From Rhizophagus irregularis (Eukaryota), in the NCBI RefSeq assembly GCF_026210795.1, contig NC_089433.1, positions 5,642,001-5,706,000 on the forward strand: a DNA stretch of 64,000 nt, given 5' to 3'. The position numbers and the translations under genes are program-made. The notes beneath the pieces are model-generated. The model made no database searches and had not been told where the DNA came from. It saw only the letters and a program-made list of their open reading frames with translations. Below are positions 38,630-51,191 of the stretch, one piece after another; position 1 is the first letter of the stretch; every line of letters begins with the position of its first letter.

Positions 38630-38853
38630 ATTAATTAAAATGATTAAAATCTGTAAATTAAAATGATTAAAATTTAAAAATAGAAATAGTTAAAAATCTG
38701 TAAATTAAAATGATTAAAATTTGAAAATAGAAATAGTTAAAAATCTGTAAATTAAAATGATTAAAATTAAATAAAATAATTAAGAAATCTGCAAATTAAA
38801 ATGATTAAAATTTAAAAATAAAATGATTAAAAATCTGTAAATTAAAATGATTG
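38630..38853. repeat. AT-rich minisatellite AAATGATTAAAATCTGTAAATTAA between the divergent genes
   Basis: About 5-6 degenerate tandem units. Confidence 0.8.
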
Positions 38854-40764
38854 AACCCCTGCGCCAAAAATGTAAAAAAATCAAAAAAAAAAAAAAAAAA
38901 TTGAGAATTCACACAAACGAAAGAAATATCAAATTCTTCATTAAAATTCGCAAATTCACAAAATTCATAATTTCGCATTAATTAAAATAATCATTAATAA
39001 AATCACTAAAATTCGCTTAAAATTAGCAAAGAACAAATAAAAACAAATATTTACTATACCGCAAATAAATCCTCATAAATTGTTCTTCAAATAAAAATGG
39101 TTAGATATCAATGCCAAATTTGTAAAAGAGAATTTTCAACTTACGGCGGTTTAAAACAACATGCCAATGCTAAACATCACGGGAAAATGAGATCTTCCCA
39201 ACTAAATGAGTCACCAGTATAGCAAAGATCTTTGTTGCAGCCATTAAGAGAAATGATAAAATCAGAACATGATGCAGAACTTTGGAGCACGTCAATTATT
39301 ATGCCAAACCCAACTACTTCACAAGAAAAGCTTACATCACAGGATGATGATGATGAGATGAAGCAATTTGAACCTTCATCTCAAGATGAAGACTTAGTAA
39401 ATATTGCAAATGAGTTAGAAGATGAACCACGTTATCATTTGCGAAAAAGGTTATGGTCAGAAGAGAGGGTCGAAGCAAATTTTGAAGAATCAGAAGCAGA
39501 ATTAGAATTAGTAAACTTTGAAAATACTGAATTCATTGATCCTGAAGACCTTCAGGGTGCGTCATTAGATGATGCCATAGATGTAGTTGATGGAAAACCC
39601 ATACCAGAGCGCGTAGTAAAATAGCCGAATGATGCATATCGTGACTTTTTGGAGTTGATAGTAGAGGGTAATATCTCTAATAAGATAGGTGATAAAATAA
39701 TAAAGTTTTTCAACAAACATAGTAATTTAGACAAATCACCATTGCCAAGTTTAACGAAAAATGGCAAGGATTATCTTAATCAAATAAATTCACCTTTGAT
39801 AGACTTTAAAGAAAAGGTTGTTGCGACCTATAATAAAATTAATTTTACCCTCTACTATCGCCCACTTTTTCGTGCTATTCAAGCTCTTCTGCAACGACCA
39901 GAAGTAGCCAATAACTTTGTCCATAAAGGAATCCAAAATAAAATGAAGGTCTGTATAATAATTTGATTTCCGTCTGCAATAATAAATTACATTATTTATG
40001 CTTATTTAGTTGTTTATATTCTCAGGATGATAGAGGTGAAACAAGAATATTTGGCGAACCTTTCGAAGGTAACTGGTGGTTAGAAACTGAAAAGAACCTT
40101 CCATCATTAAATCGACTATTGTCCATCATTTTATACTCAGACGCAACAACTTTCGATGGACTTGGGAAATCATCAGGCCATCCAGTTTTTGTAACTCTTG
40201 GTAACATTCCAAATCGTGTTCAAAATTTGCCGGAGGCTAAAATTCTTTTAGGATTTCTCCCTAAAGTCCAAGATACAGGAATCAAAACAACTTTTCAAAG
40301 CTTACAGCACGATGTATATCATAAATGCTTCAAAATTATGCTCCAACCTTTATTAGAAAAATCTGAAGCGCTATATTTTGGAATTAATGGACAAGTGATT
40401 ACTTTCGCTGCACGGATATCTTTTTTTCTTGCAGATATGCTTGAAGCTGATGATATAACTGCGACATATAAAGGAGCGCGGTGCAAAATGCCATGCCATA
40501 CTTGCATGGTTTTGCAAAGTGATCTGAACAATATGAGTCTTAAACTAGAGAACGTACCTCATAGAACTCATGAAAATATGAAGCAAGTAATCAACGATGG
40601 CCAAGGAAAGGAGTATTCTGTGCATTCTGTTGAAAATTCCTTCTGGAAATTTCCGTAAATATCTTTATATTTCTGTAATGAATTTCAAAAATGTAAATTT
40701 TTATGCACATATAATTTGTTTCAGAAATTTGAATATATACGAAGCCTGCGTTCCTGACCGTATG

Positions 40765-42944
40765 TATACTTGCCGCCCATTTAAAATCCCCTCCCCTCCC
40801 ATCACATATTCCATCCCATCCCAAATCCCAATCCCAAATCCCATCCCATCCCAAATCCCAAATCATCCTAAATACTTGTGTAACATTTCTCCCATTGGCC
40901 AATTATCACGTGACGTTACACAAACTTCCAAAAAAGGAAATTTTGCCTCCCGCAAAAAATGGGCGGATTTGGTTTCACAAGTATTCCAAAAAAGGAAATT
41001 TCTATGCCGATCACATAATTCCGGCCGTAATATTTTAGTCTAATGTTAATTCAGGTCAGAATTTAGTTTAAATCCTTATCCTACATACACCAATTTTTAA
41101 GAGATTTACCGATCAGATTTTAATGAAATTTATATCATTGGATTTGTCTTGATGCAAGGAATTTAATGGCAGTGAAATTATATTCCTAACATTAATATTG
41201 ACTAAGTTATTATAAAAAATGTATTTTATAATATATATTATTAAATAACATGTATAAAGCAAGCAATAATTGGTTACTTTTAATATAAAAAGTTTTTAAA
41301 ATATATTTATTCAATTTATTATTTTATATTTTTTATTACAATTTAACTTTGAATTAACTTAAACCTATCTATTAATTCATCAAAAAAAGTTTGATTATTT
41401 ATTTCTAATATATATAATTTGATAGATATTATTATTATTGCATAAATATTTAATAAAATAATATTTACAAACCAGGAATTAATTTACTGTTAATCTAAAA
41501 AAACAATATCAGCAGATATCATCAAAATTATTAATTCAAATAAAATAATCAATATATTACTGAATACTAACTGCTAACATGTTACTTTCAAATAATATAT
41601 AGTATAAAAATACATTTTTTATAATAAATCAGTCAATATCAATCATTGGTCATGTCACGGATCGGCATAGGGACTTTTTATTATAAAATGATTGATATAT
41701 TTTGTGTAACAGTAAATTCCAGTAAATTTTTGCTCTGTACGAAATATTTTACATAACAATACACTTTGAAATTTTAAAAATATCTTTACAATATCTTGAA
41801 ATTATCCCACATTAATTTTTATTAAAATTAAACTATTATTGAATTACTTTTATTAATAACAACTTTTATAAGTCTTTTATCTAATAAAAAAAATTATTAA
41901 ATTAAAAAAAAATATAATTGTTATTGATTATAAGATGTAATTTGCACCAAATATTCTTTTTATGCTATTAAAATAGAACTTATTTATGTAATTTTTACAA
42001 GTTTAATATAAGCTAATTGGATAAAAAAGTAAAAAACTTGAATTTTCTATAAAAATCAATAATTAACCTGCCTTTTATGCAATATGTTTTTTGATTCTAC
42101 ATAAAATAATACATATATCTGCATTATTAAACTGATGTTTAGTTTTCATACAAACTTGCATCTCTGGATTAAAGTCAAAAAAAATAGGAGAAGTTAACCT
42201 AAATATAAGTTTTTTATACAAGTATTGTACTGTCAAAATAAACGTCAAAATAAGCAGAAAAAAGCCTAAAGAACAAAAGTTTTCTAAGGTCCATATAAAG
42301 GTTATTTGAGAGAAAACTATGTTATATTAGAAGCGTTTGTGCAGATCATTTTTTATTACGCAAATTTTAATTAGTAATCAACACTTCCCGTGACATGACC
42401 GAGGATTGATATTAATTTTAGAAATATGATTTCACTACCATTTAATTCCTTGCATCAAGACGAATCCAAAGATATAAATTTCATTAAAATCTGATCAGTA
42501 AATCTCTTAAAAATTGGGTTTGTAGGATAAGGATTTAAACCTTTATAATTTGTAATTCCGGCCGGAGTTAAAATATAAACTTCGTAAATCTGTTCGGGAT
42601 CTTAATTTTGCTCATATTCTGGTAATGGATGCAATGCTGGCCAGAATTATATGATCGGCGCAAAAATTTCCTTTTTTGGAATACTTGTGAAACCAAAATC
42701 TCAATTTTTGCGGGAAGCAAAATTTCCTTTTTTTGGAAATTTGTGTAACGTCACGTGATAATTGACCAATGAGATTATTTGGGATAAGGGATGGGATAAG
42801 GGATATGGGATATGGGTGGGATTTGGATTTGGGATTGGGATGGGATTTTGGCAAATGGGAGGGGATTTTGGCAAAAGGGATGGGATATGGGATGGGATGG
42901 GATAGGGGATTCTCCCATCCCATTTAATATGGGTGGCAAGTATA
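40765..42944. mobile_element. Non-autonomous hAT-like foldback element with long TIR arms and (ATCCC)n subterminal repeats
   Basis: TATACTTGCC(G/A)CCCAT ends; exact 8-bp TSD ACCGTATG (40757-40764, 42945-42952); arms stay inverted for several hundred bp, inward to GGTCATGTCACGG/CCGTGACATGACC. Confidence 0.93.
41199..41635. mobile_element. AT-rich MITE nested in the left arm of 40765-42944, 4-bp ATAT flanks
   Basis: ATAT|TGACTAAGTTATTATAAAAAATGTATTTT ... AAAATACATTTTTTATAATAAATCAGTCA|ATAT; absent from the mirror arm. Confidence 0.7.
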
Positions 42945-45103
42945 ACCGTATGCACCATATCGATCTTACTTTAAATACCAATTGGAATTTACACAAGATA
43001 TTTTGAAGGCAGTCGGAGGAACAGAACTACAAAAAAAATTTGATGATTGACTTTGTCAGATTTCTCGCTTCCCGGGTCTTAAACTCTTACATAAATTAGG
43101 ACATTTAAACGTACTTACTGCGTCAGACTATCGTAACATAATGAAAATTGCCCTTTTTGTCTTAAATGAAATTTTTGAAGGGAACGAAATAACCTGTAAA
43201 GAACTTTGCAAACTTTACGCAAAGTTTAGTAAGATGTACATAATGAGCAGAAAAGAAATGTACACTGAAGAAGATCTGAAAATTTTTGAAGTAAGTCAAA
43301 GTTCATAAAGTCACATTGGAAATCATCAACACACTAAAGATTATCAATTATAGTCAGCAATTATTGATTGGTGCATTGATTTCAAAAAGATCTTCTCTCC
43401 ATTATCCACTACTGACTGCAATTTTCCGAAGTTACACAGTTGGCGGTATCATGCAGGTAGGACACTAGTAAACATACAGTATATGATTTTATCCTAATTT
43501 ATTTTGATTGTTTTCAGTGCCTGCTATTAGAAAATATGGTGCATTGAATGGGTTGTCAACAGAAACGTACGAAACCCTCCACAAATCATATGTCAAAACC
43601 CCATATCGGTTATCAAACAGAAAAGACGTAATGAGACAATTGGTGATCGCTGTTAGTTGAATCCGACATGACTGAAATCAATTTCTTTGAAATATACATA
43701 CATTTAATAATATTTTTTATAGGTAAAACATAAAGAATTGACATCTTCTGCTAAAAAAGTTATTCATCGTAAAGCCAAAGGATTTGAAAAAGTACTTTGG
43801 GAACTAACATTAGATAATATCGACCAAAAAATAAAATCGTTGAAAAAATCTGAAAATCCGCCACATTCAAACTTCATTGAAGGGTTATCACAATTAATTT
43901 CAACTTTAGATACCTTTCTGGATATATCTTCGCAGGAGTCTGAAAGTGACGAATTTTACATTAAAATTTATGATTCAGTACACCTGGAAGATAGACATAT
44001 TTTAAGAACGACAGGAGAATTCCAAGGTAAAGAATGGTTCAGTAATATTGCGGTAACTCCTGCAGAAGATCAAGAGCAATACAATTCAGATGAGGGAGCT
44101 TGGTATGGAAAAGTAAGTGAATGATTAAGATTGATAAAGTGTTGTATGTCATTAATCAATTTTCTTTATAAGGTGTTGTTATTATTTAAATTCTTCGAGT
44201 TAGCTTCTTTCGAGTATAGACTTGCTCGTTCGTTGGTTTGATATTATTACAGAGAAACCTGAACAGTACGAGTGTCCGCAGTTGTATTACACCAAAGAAT
44301 ACAACACAATACCAATCGGTTCAATTAACCAAGAAGTTCATATAGTTCCAAGGTTTGGCAAAGTAAATCGTTATTTGTTAAATAAATACATGTTTTAAAA
44401 ATTACTGGAAAACTTTAACGAAAGTAAAGTCAGAAAGTTTAAAAAATAAAATTTGTAAATTTGTTGAAAAACTTTAACGAAAGTATTAAAAAAAACTATT
44501 AAAAAACTTTAACGAAAATAAATTGTCAACGGAAATGATCGAAAAGCTTAATTAAGTTTAATTACTAATTGAAATCGAAAAGTTTAATTAGTTAGTTACT
44601 CAAAGTTTAAACGCAATTATAAACCTGCAATTTTGAGTTAAAGAATTCGCAGAGTTTCACAAAAAAAAAGGACAAAAAGCGAAGATCTACTATTTCGCAG
44701 AACTTCGCAAAACTGGCATGTTTTAAATTTTCTGTTAAATGAAATTCTGCAAAATTGCAGAATTTTGCTGATTTTATAGATAAAAATATTCAATTATCTG
44801 CGAAGTTGCAAAGTTTGCAGAACTTCGCAGAAATACACAAAAAATGACAAAAAAAAAGCGGAGATCTGCTAATTTTACAGATCTCTGCAGTTCTGCATCC
44901 CAAAAAATTTCCCGATGACTATTACATCTAAATCATATGTTTCCAAGTATCCAGATTTTTTATTATTCTTTAAAGTCAATATTCAAACAATATATATTAA
45001 AATTAAATGATTTTTTAACTGTTTCAAACTTTCGGTAGTACTTATTAGTATAGATAATAATGAAGGTAATGAAATGGAATTACAAGATGAAATGAACGAT
45101 AAC

Positions 45104-45347
45104 TAAGGTTGCTTGTCTAAACCTCTTCAAAATCCTACGATTAGTTTCGTCAAAATTTTACTATAGATTTATTATAGTTTCGGCAGAGTTTCAGCAGTTT
45201 CGGCATTTATAATAAGTTTCGGCAGTTTCGCCTTTCTCCAAAGTTTCGCCAGTTTTTTAATATAACTTTAATATAGTTTCGGCAGAATTTCGCTTTTCGG
45301 CGAAACGCCATCTTGCCTAAACCCCTAGGTTTCGGCAAGCAACTTTA
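45104..45347. mobile_element. 244-bp hAT-like MITE, copy 2
   Basis: Same sequence as 37301-37544 with a few transitions; 8-bp TSD ACGATAAC. Confidence 0.93.
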
Positions 45348-47948
45348 ACGATAACGTCGATAATAGTGAAGAAAATGAAGAAAATGTTGATAACTACGAT
45401 GAAGAAACTGATTATAACTCTCACGACGGAAATGAAGAAGAAAATAACTATGGAGAAGAAACCGATTATAACCATCATGACGGAAATAAAGAAGAAAATG
45501 ATGATAACTACAGAGAAGAAACTGATTATAACTACCATGAAGAAAGTAACTACAGTGAAGAAAATGTTTATTATGATGATAGTAGCAATATAGAAGACAA
45601 GGACAAACTGAAAGATGATTATAATATGGAAGAGAATAATATTATTGATGAAAGTGATAATGTAACTTTTAATTTATTTGTTTGCTCCAAAATAAACTAG
45701 ATTTGGAGTTGCAGTCACAATCAGACTGGTTCTTACGATCTGAATCAGAATTGATCAATGAACCCATCCCTAATGCTGATGGCATATTTTTTAATGACAA
45801 TTTTTCCATTTTAAAAGCATGAAGACACTATAGTTGATTCGTCAATAGGTTGTGACCATATGTTGAATATAGATGGAAGGTTTGCACCTTACTTTGAAAA
45901 TTTGACCTCTGCATTATTATTTTGTTGGATACAGAAACACAACATATGTAAGTCTAATTTTGCTATAACGAACCTATTTGACAATTTATTTAAAAGATTT
46001 ACACCGATATATAGCAACGCATGCATATAACAACTTGGTAGAAGTACTACACCATCAAAATTTTAAAGTTAAAGACGTTGTAAAGAATATACGAAGGCTT
46101 CGGCAATGAAGAAATCGGTTACTATTGATGCCAATACAGACGCACCCTGTTAGAATAAATCCAAAGAAGACGCCATCTACGTCTAAAGGAACAAAGTCTT
46201 ATTATTATTTGTCAATTTGTGATATTATTCAGAATATATTAAATAATCCGTCACTCTACAATACATTATACTTCAGACCGGAAATAGAATCTGAAGAAAA
46301 AAAGGAATATTGGCATGGGGATCTTTGGGCTGAATCACCATTGTTTGGCCAAGAAAAAATAGCCATCAATAGAGGTACTTTCGATTTATTATTATTGTAA
46401 ATGAAATAAATGTATGTAACTTATCTTATACTTCTTTGGTATTTAGAAATTTATTGACCAAGTGAATTTGTTTTATATATAGAAAATGGTAATCGAAGAT
46501 TTGGACGAATACGATCAATAATATTGGTCAATGATAAACTTCGGGTAAAATACAACGTACGAAGGAATCGCAATTGTGAATAGTAGATCAATATTTAAAA
46601 GAAGGTAGTATTATTGCAAATACTTATGAGATCATTAGAAAAGTTAATATTATGATTATTCATGAAACAAATACTACTGACGGAATTTTTATTAAAGAAA
46701 TTTTATACAAAAGTAATGGTTATTAGAAAATGCGAAATGTGACGCTAGATTACAAGCATCCAGTTGAATATTTTGTTCTAAGTTTACCACCACTACAATA
46801 TAAAAATCTACGAGTTTTGAAGATATTTATTGATATCTACTATGATGACTTCAGTACCTATCGAAATGTTTACCATTCCTTAGGCAGAGTTTATGTTCAA
46901 TTGGAAAATATGCCATTCGATATAAGAAAACTTGTTCACAACCATTTTGTCTTAGGTTTTGTTCCCTTTGGTGGTTGTTTTGAGGATTTCATTTGTCCTT
47001 TCATTAAAGATATGAAGCGGTTGGAAAAAGGAATATTGATGAACATCCAAGGAATAGATTGCTGGATCATAGCTAGCCTTGGATGCGTTACTGCAGACCT
47101 ACCCCAAAGAAACGATTTAGCAGGTGTAAAACGCCATGGTGCGATAAGGGGGTGTAGAATATGTCTGGTCACTAAGGAAAACTCGACAGATCTTATATTA
47201 GATATTGCCAGTGTATCCCGTTGTCACCATATTACTGACTCCCAATTCAAAATAATCTTCACAGCTTCAACTCTTAGGCAACAAAACAATATTGCAAAGG
47301 AATACAGTTTACAAACTAGATTGCCAATTCTTGATCAACTTCAATGTGAACGACACTTGCAGTCACCACAAGATATTTATCACATAATAGCCAGTAAAAC
47401 ATTAAAACTACTAAAAGTAACAATTTTCATGTTATCTCCAGAAGGTGAAAGAAATTTTATTAGTGTCTGGAAATTATTCAAATACTCTCATCAATGGTCA
47501 AAGCTTCCAAATCCCATTAGTCATATCGAAACTTTTATGATGTGACTTCGATTGGGAATGGTAATGCCATTTATTTTAAATAGATCGCTGACCATTAATT
47601 GTTTAAAGCCACAAGAAATAGAAAAACTACAAGAGCGAACAAACATGAATTGCAATCAAGTAATTTCTAATATTATTAAGTGCTGGGCAACTGTAGCTAA
47701 ATGTTCCCAGTTGGCATTTAAGATTTCGTTAACAAAGAATGACTATATAGAGCTTGAAAATTATTTGAATAAAGAACAAAAAGCATTGATTGAGGTAAAA
47801 TTTATAGTTGTTACGAAAAAAAAATATTATAAATTTCAATTTTATTAGGCCTTTGAAACTGAAAAAGAATAAATTCCTTACATTTGGGTAATTTGGATTC
47901 AGTTCTACTAACTATGACTATGTTATACTTATTTATACTTATTACAGT

Positions 47949-50566
47949 TAATGTTCTGAAAAAAATCTGATCCGATTCGTATCCGCAGATCTGATCTGAG
48001 ACAGATCGGATCGAATCATAGATTTTATGATCCGTGATCTGATTCGGATCAAATCAAATCAGATCAACAATTCATTCAAATTGGATCAGATCGGATTTGA
48101 TTCAAGCGGATTCAGATCAGATCCAGATCAGATTAGATCAAAGTGCCCTGTTACGTTGTGAAATGTTAAGTTAAAACGTTTTGCAACATTTTTATTAAAA
48201 TGATTAAAAACCGTTGCGAAACGGTTTTTTTATTCGTTAAAATGAAATAATACGAAAAGATGCCATTTCGGCATCTTTTTTGATAAAAAAAATGAAAAAG
48301 ATACTGAAACGGCATCTTTTTTATAAAATAATACGAAAGATGCCATTTTGGCATCTTTTTCTCATAAAATAATACGAAAGATGCCATTTTGGCATCTTTT
48401 TTCTCATAAAATAATATGAAAAGATGCCAAAGCAGCATCTTTTTTGATAAAAAATGAGTAAGATGCTGAAACGGCATTTTTTCGATAAAATAATACAAAA
48501 GATACTATTTCGGCATCTTTTTTGATAAAAAAGTGAAAAAGATTCTGAACAGCATCTTTTTTTTATAAAATAATATTAAAAGATGCCGTTTTGGCATCTT
48601 TTTTGATAAAAAAATGAAAAAGATGCTGAAGCATCTTTTTTGATAAAATAATATTAAAAGATGCGTTTTGGCATCTTTTTTTTCATAAAATAATACGAAA
48701 GATGCTGTTTCGGCATCTTTTTTAATAAAAAAAAATGAAAAAGATGCCAAAACATCTTTTTTGATAAAATAATATTAAAAGATGCGTTTCGGCATCTTTT
48801 TTTTATAAAATAATACAAAAAGATGCCATTTCGGCATCTTTTTTGATAAAAAAAATGAAAAAATGCCAAAACAGCATTTTTTTTATAAAATAATACGAAA
48901 GATGCTATTTTGGCATCTTTTTTGATAAAATAATACGAAAAGATGCCATTTTGGCATCTTTTTTATAAAATAATACGAAAAATGCCGTTTCGGCATCTTT
49001 TTCTTATAAAATAATATGAAAAGATGCCGAAATGGCATCTTTTTGATAAAAAAATGAAAAAGATGCCGAACAGCATCTTTTTTTCATAAAATAATATTAA
49101 AAGATGTTGTTTCGGCATCTTTTTTGATAAAAAAAATGAAAAAGATGCTGAAGCATCTTTTTTGATAAAATAATATTAAAAGATGCGTTTCGGCATTTTT
49201 TTTCATAAAATAATACGAAAAAATGCCATTTCGGCATTTTTTTATAAAATAATACGAAAGATGCCATTTCAGCATCTTTTTCTCATAAAATAATACGAAA
49301 AGATGCCGAAACAACATCTTTTTTGATAAAAAAATGAGTAAGATGCCGAAATAGCATCTTTTTTCATAAAATAATACAAAAGATGCCGTTTCAGCATCTT
49401 TTTTGATAAAAAAATGAAAAAGATGCTGAACAGCATCTTTTTTTATAAAAAAATGAAAAAGATGCTGAACAGCATCTTTTTTTATAAAATAATATTAAAA
49501 GATGCCATTTCGGCATCTTTTTTGATAAAAAAAAATGAAAAGATGCTGAAGCATTTTTTTGATAAAATAATATTAAAAGATGCGTTTTGGCATCTTTTTT
49601 TCATAAATAATACGAAAAAATGCCGTTTCAGCATCTTTTTTGATAAAAAAAATGAAAAAGATGCCAAAACAGCATTTTTTTGCATAAAATATTACGAAAA
49701 GATGCCGTTTTGGTATCTTTTTTGATAAAATAATACGAAAGATGCCGTTTCAGCATCTTTTTTGATAAAAAAATGAAAAAGATGCCGAAACAGCATTTTT
49801 TTTCATAAAATAATGCTGTTTAACATTTCTATTTATGCATTTAACAAAAAAACGTCTTTCGCAATATTTTTAATTGTTTTTATCAAAAAAGATGCTGAAA
49901 CGGCATCTTTTTGCATAAAATATTATGAAAAGATGCCGTTTTGGTATCTTTTTTGATAAAATAATACGAAAGATGTCGTTTCAGCACCTTTTTTGATAAA
50001 AAAATGAAAAAGATGCTGAAACAGCATCTTTTTTCATAAAATAACGCTGTTTAACATTTCTATTTATGCATTTAACAAAAAAAATGTCTTTCGCAACATT
50101 TTTTAATTGTATTAATGAGAAACATTGTGAAACATTTTTTATTTAATAATTTAACGAAATAAAAACGTTTTTTGCAGCGGGTTTTAACTATATAAATAAA
50201 AAACGTTGCAAAAACGTTTTTTATTTAATAATTTTACTGATAAAAAATCGTTTTCGCAATTGTTTAATAAAAACATTGCGAAATGTTTTTTTGTTTGATA
50301 ATTTGCTATAAAAAGTCTTTTCGCAACGTCTTTTAACAATATTAATAAAAAAAGTTGTAAAAAACGTTTTTAATTATGAAAACCAATTTGGATTCGGATC
50401 AGATCCGGATCAGATTAGATCAAATCAGTTGGGATTCAGATCAGATCGGATCAGATCTAATTTGGATCTGAATCAGATCGGATCAAATCTGATTTAATTT
50501 GATTCAAATTCAGATCAGATCAGATTTAACTCAAATCCGGTCTGATCTGATCCGTTCAGAACACTA
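47949..50566. mobile_element. Non-autonomous hAT-like element, same termini family as 6865-10379, opposite orientation
   Basis: TAATGTTCTG...CAGAACACTA; TSD ATTACAGT/CTTACAGT (7/8 match); GATCC/GATCT subterminal repeats. Confidence 0.88.
48250..50050. repeat. Palindromic minisatellite AAAAGATGCCG-TTT-CGGCATCTTTT with about 40-bp period
   Basis: About 40 hairpin units in both orientations, separated by ATAAAATAATAC / GATAAAAAAATG spacers. Confidence 0.92.
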
Positions 50567-50918
50567 CTTACAGTTATCTGATGAATTTGTGGGTCTCCCT
50601 AACCTTTACGCTAATTACCATTTATTGCGACATGCAAGAACATTCGGTACTTTTACAAATACGGCAGTCAGAATAAAAGAAATGGTCTATCGTATCTTTA
50701 AAAACATAGTTCCGCATACAAATTTCAAGAACATTGAATTAGACTTATTAAAATGGTATACAACCTTACAATCTATTCGGTATCTTGTAAATGGTGGAAT
50801 TGATCCTCAAAATTTACGATCTAGTGTTGAATTTATGAACTTATCTCAAAATTCTGATAGCTTATTTAAAGATTGGTTTATTATGGAAAATTCAGAAATG
50901 GATAATGAAAAACTAGAA

Positions 50919-51191
50919 CACTAGTCAAAAACCAATATATCGGGTACCCGATATGTGTAGTATTAATGCAGAAAATCGGGTACCCGATATGTGTAAGATA
51001 TGTGTAAATATATATATCGTCTACATATCATTTACATATCATATACATATCAGTACCCGATATGTATATGATATATATATTTACACATATCTTACACATA
51101 TCGGGTACCCGATTTTCTGCATTAATACTACACATATCGGGTACATATCTGATACATATCTGCTACCCGATATATTGGTTTTTGACCAGTG
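50919..51191. mobile_element. 273-bp CACTA-type MITE, largely palindromic
   Basis: CACTAGTCAAAAACCAATATATCGGGTA ... TACCCGATATATTGGTTTTTGACCAGTG; 3-bp TSD GAA; repeated ATCGGGTACCCGAT palindromes. Confidence 0.92.

Larger units (their letters stand above)
39097..44398 (+). pseudogene. Plavaka-like transposase with N-terminal C2H2 zinc finger, multi-exon, interrupted by 40765-42944
   Basis: MVRYQCQICKREFSTYGGLKQHANAKH; YYRPLFRAIQALL; GNWWLE; IILYSDATTFDGLGKSSGHPVFVTLGNI; ADMLEAD; PCHTC; VPDRM|HHIDL; FPKLHSW.YH; TETYETLHK. In-frame TAG at 39220 and 39622. Confidence 0.88.
36015..44917. mobile_element. Full-length but decayed Plavaka/CACTA-type two-gene DNA transposon
   Basis: About 40-bp TIR CATCGGGAAATTTTTTGGG(G/A)TGCAGA.CTGC; 2-bp flanks AC/AC (36013-14, 44918-19); encloses a divergent transposase and accessory gene. 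Confidence 0.88.

Noticed and set aside
42612..43006. Pro/Ile- or Gly/Trp-rich ORFs (also 5743-5955 and 40591-41043)
   Set aside because: Translations of (ATCCC)n subterminal repeats.
45317..45593. M/K/I/T-rich ORFs
   Set aside because: Off-frame readings of the acidic low-complexity exon of the second transposase.
48250..50050. Palindromic repeats resembling CRISPR repeats, and the many K/F-rich ORFs here
   Set aside because: Spacers are themselves repeated AT-rich motifs inside a TIR element; the ORFs are translations of the minisatellite.
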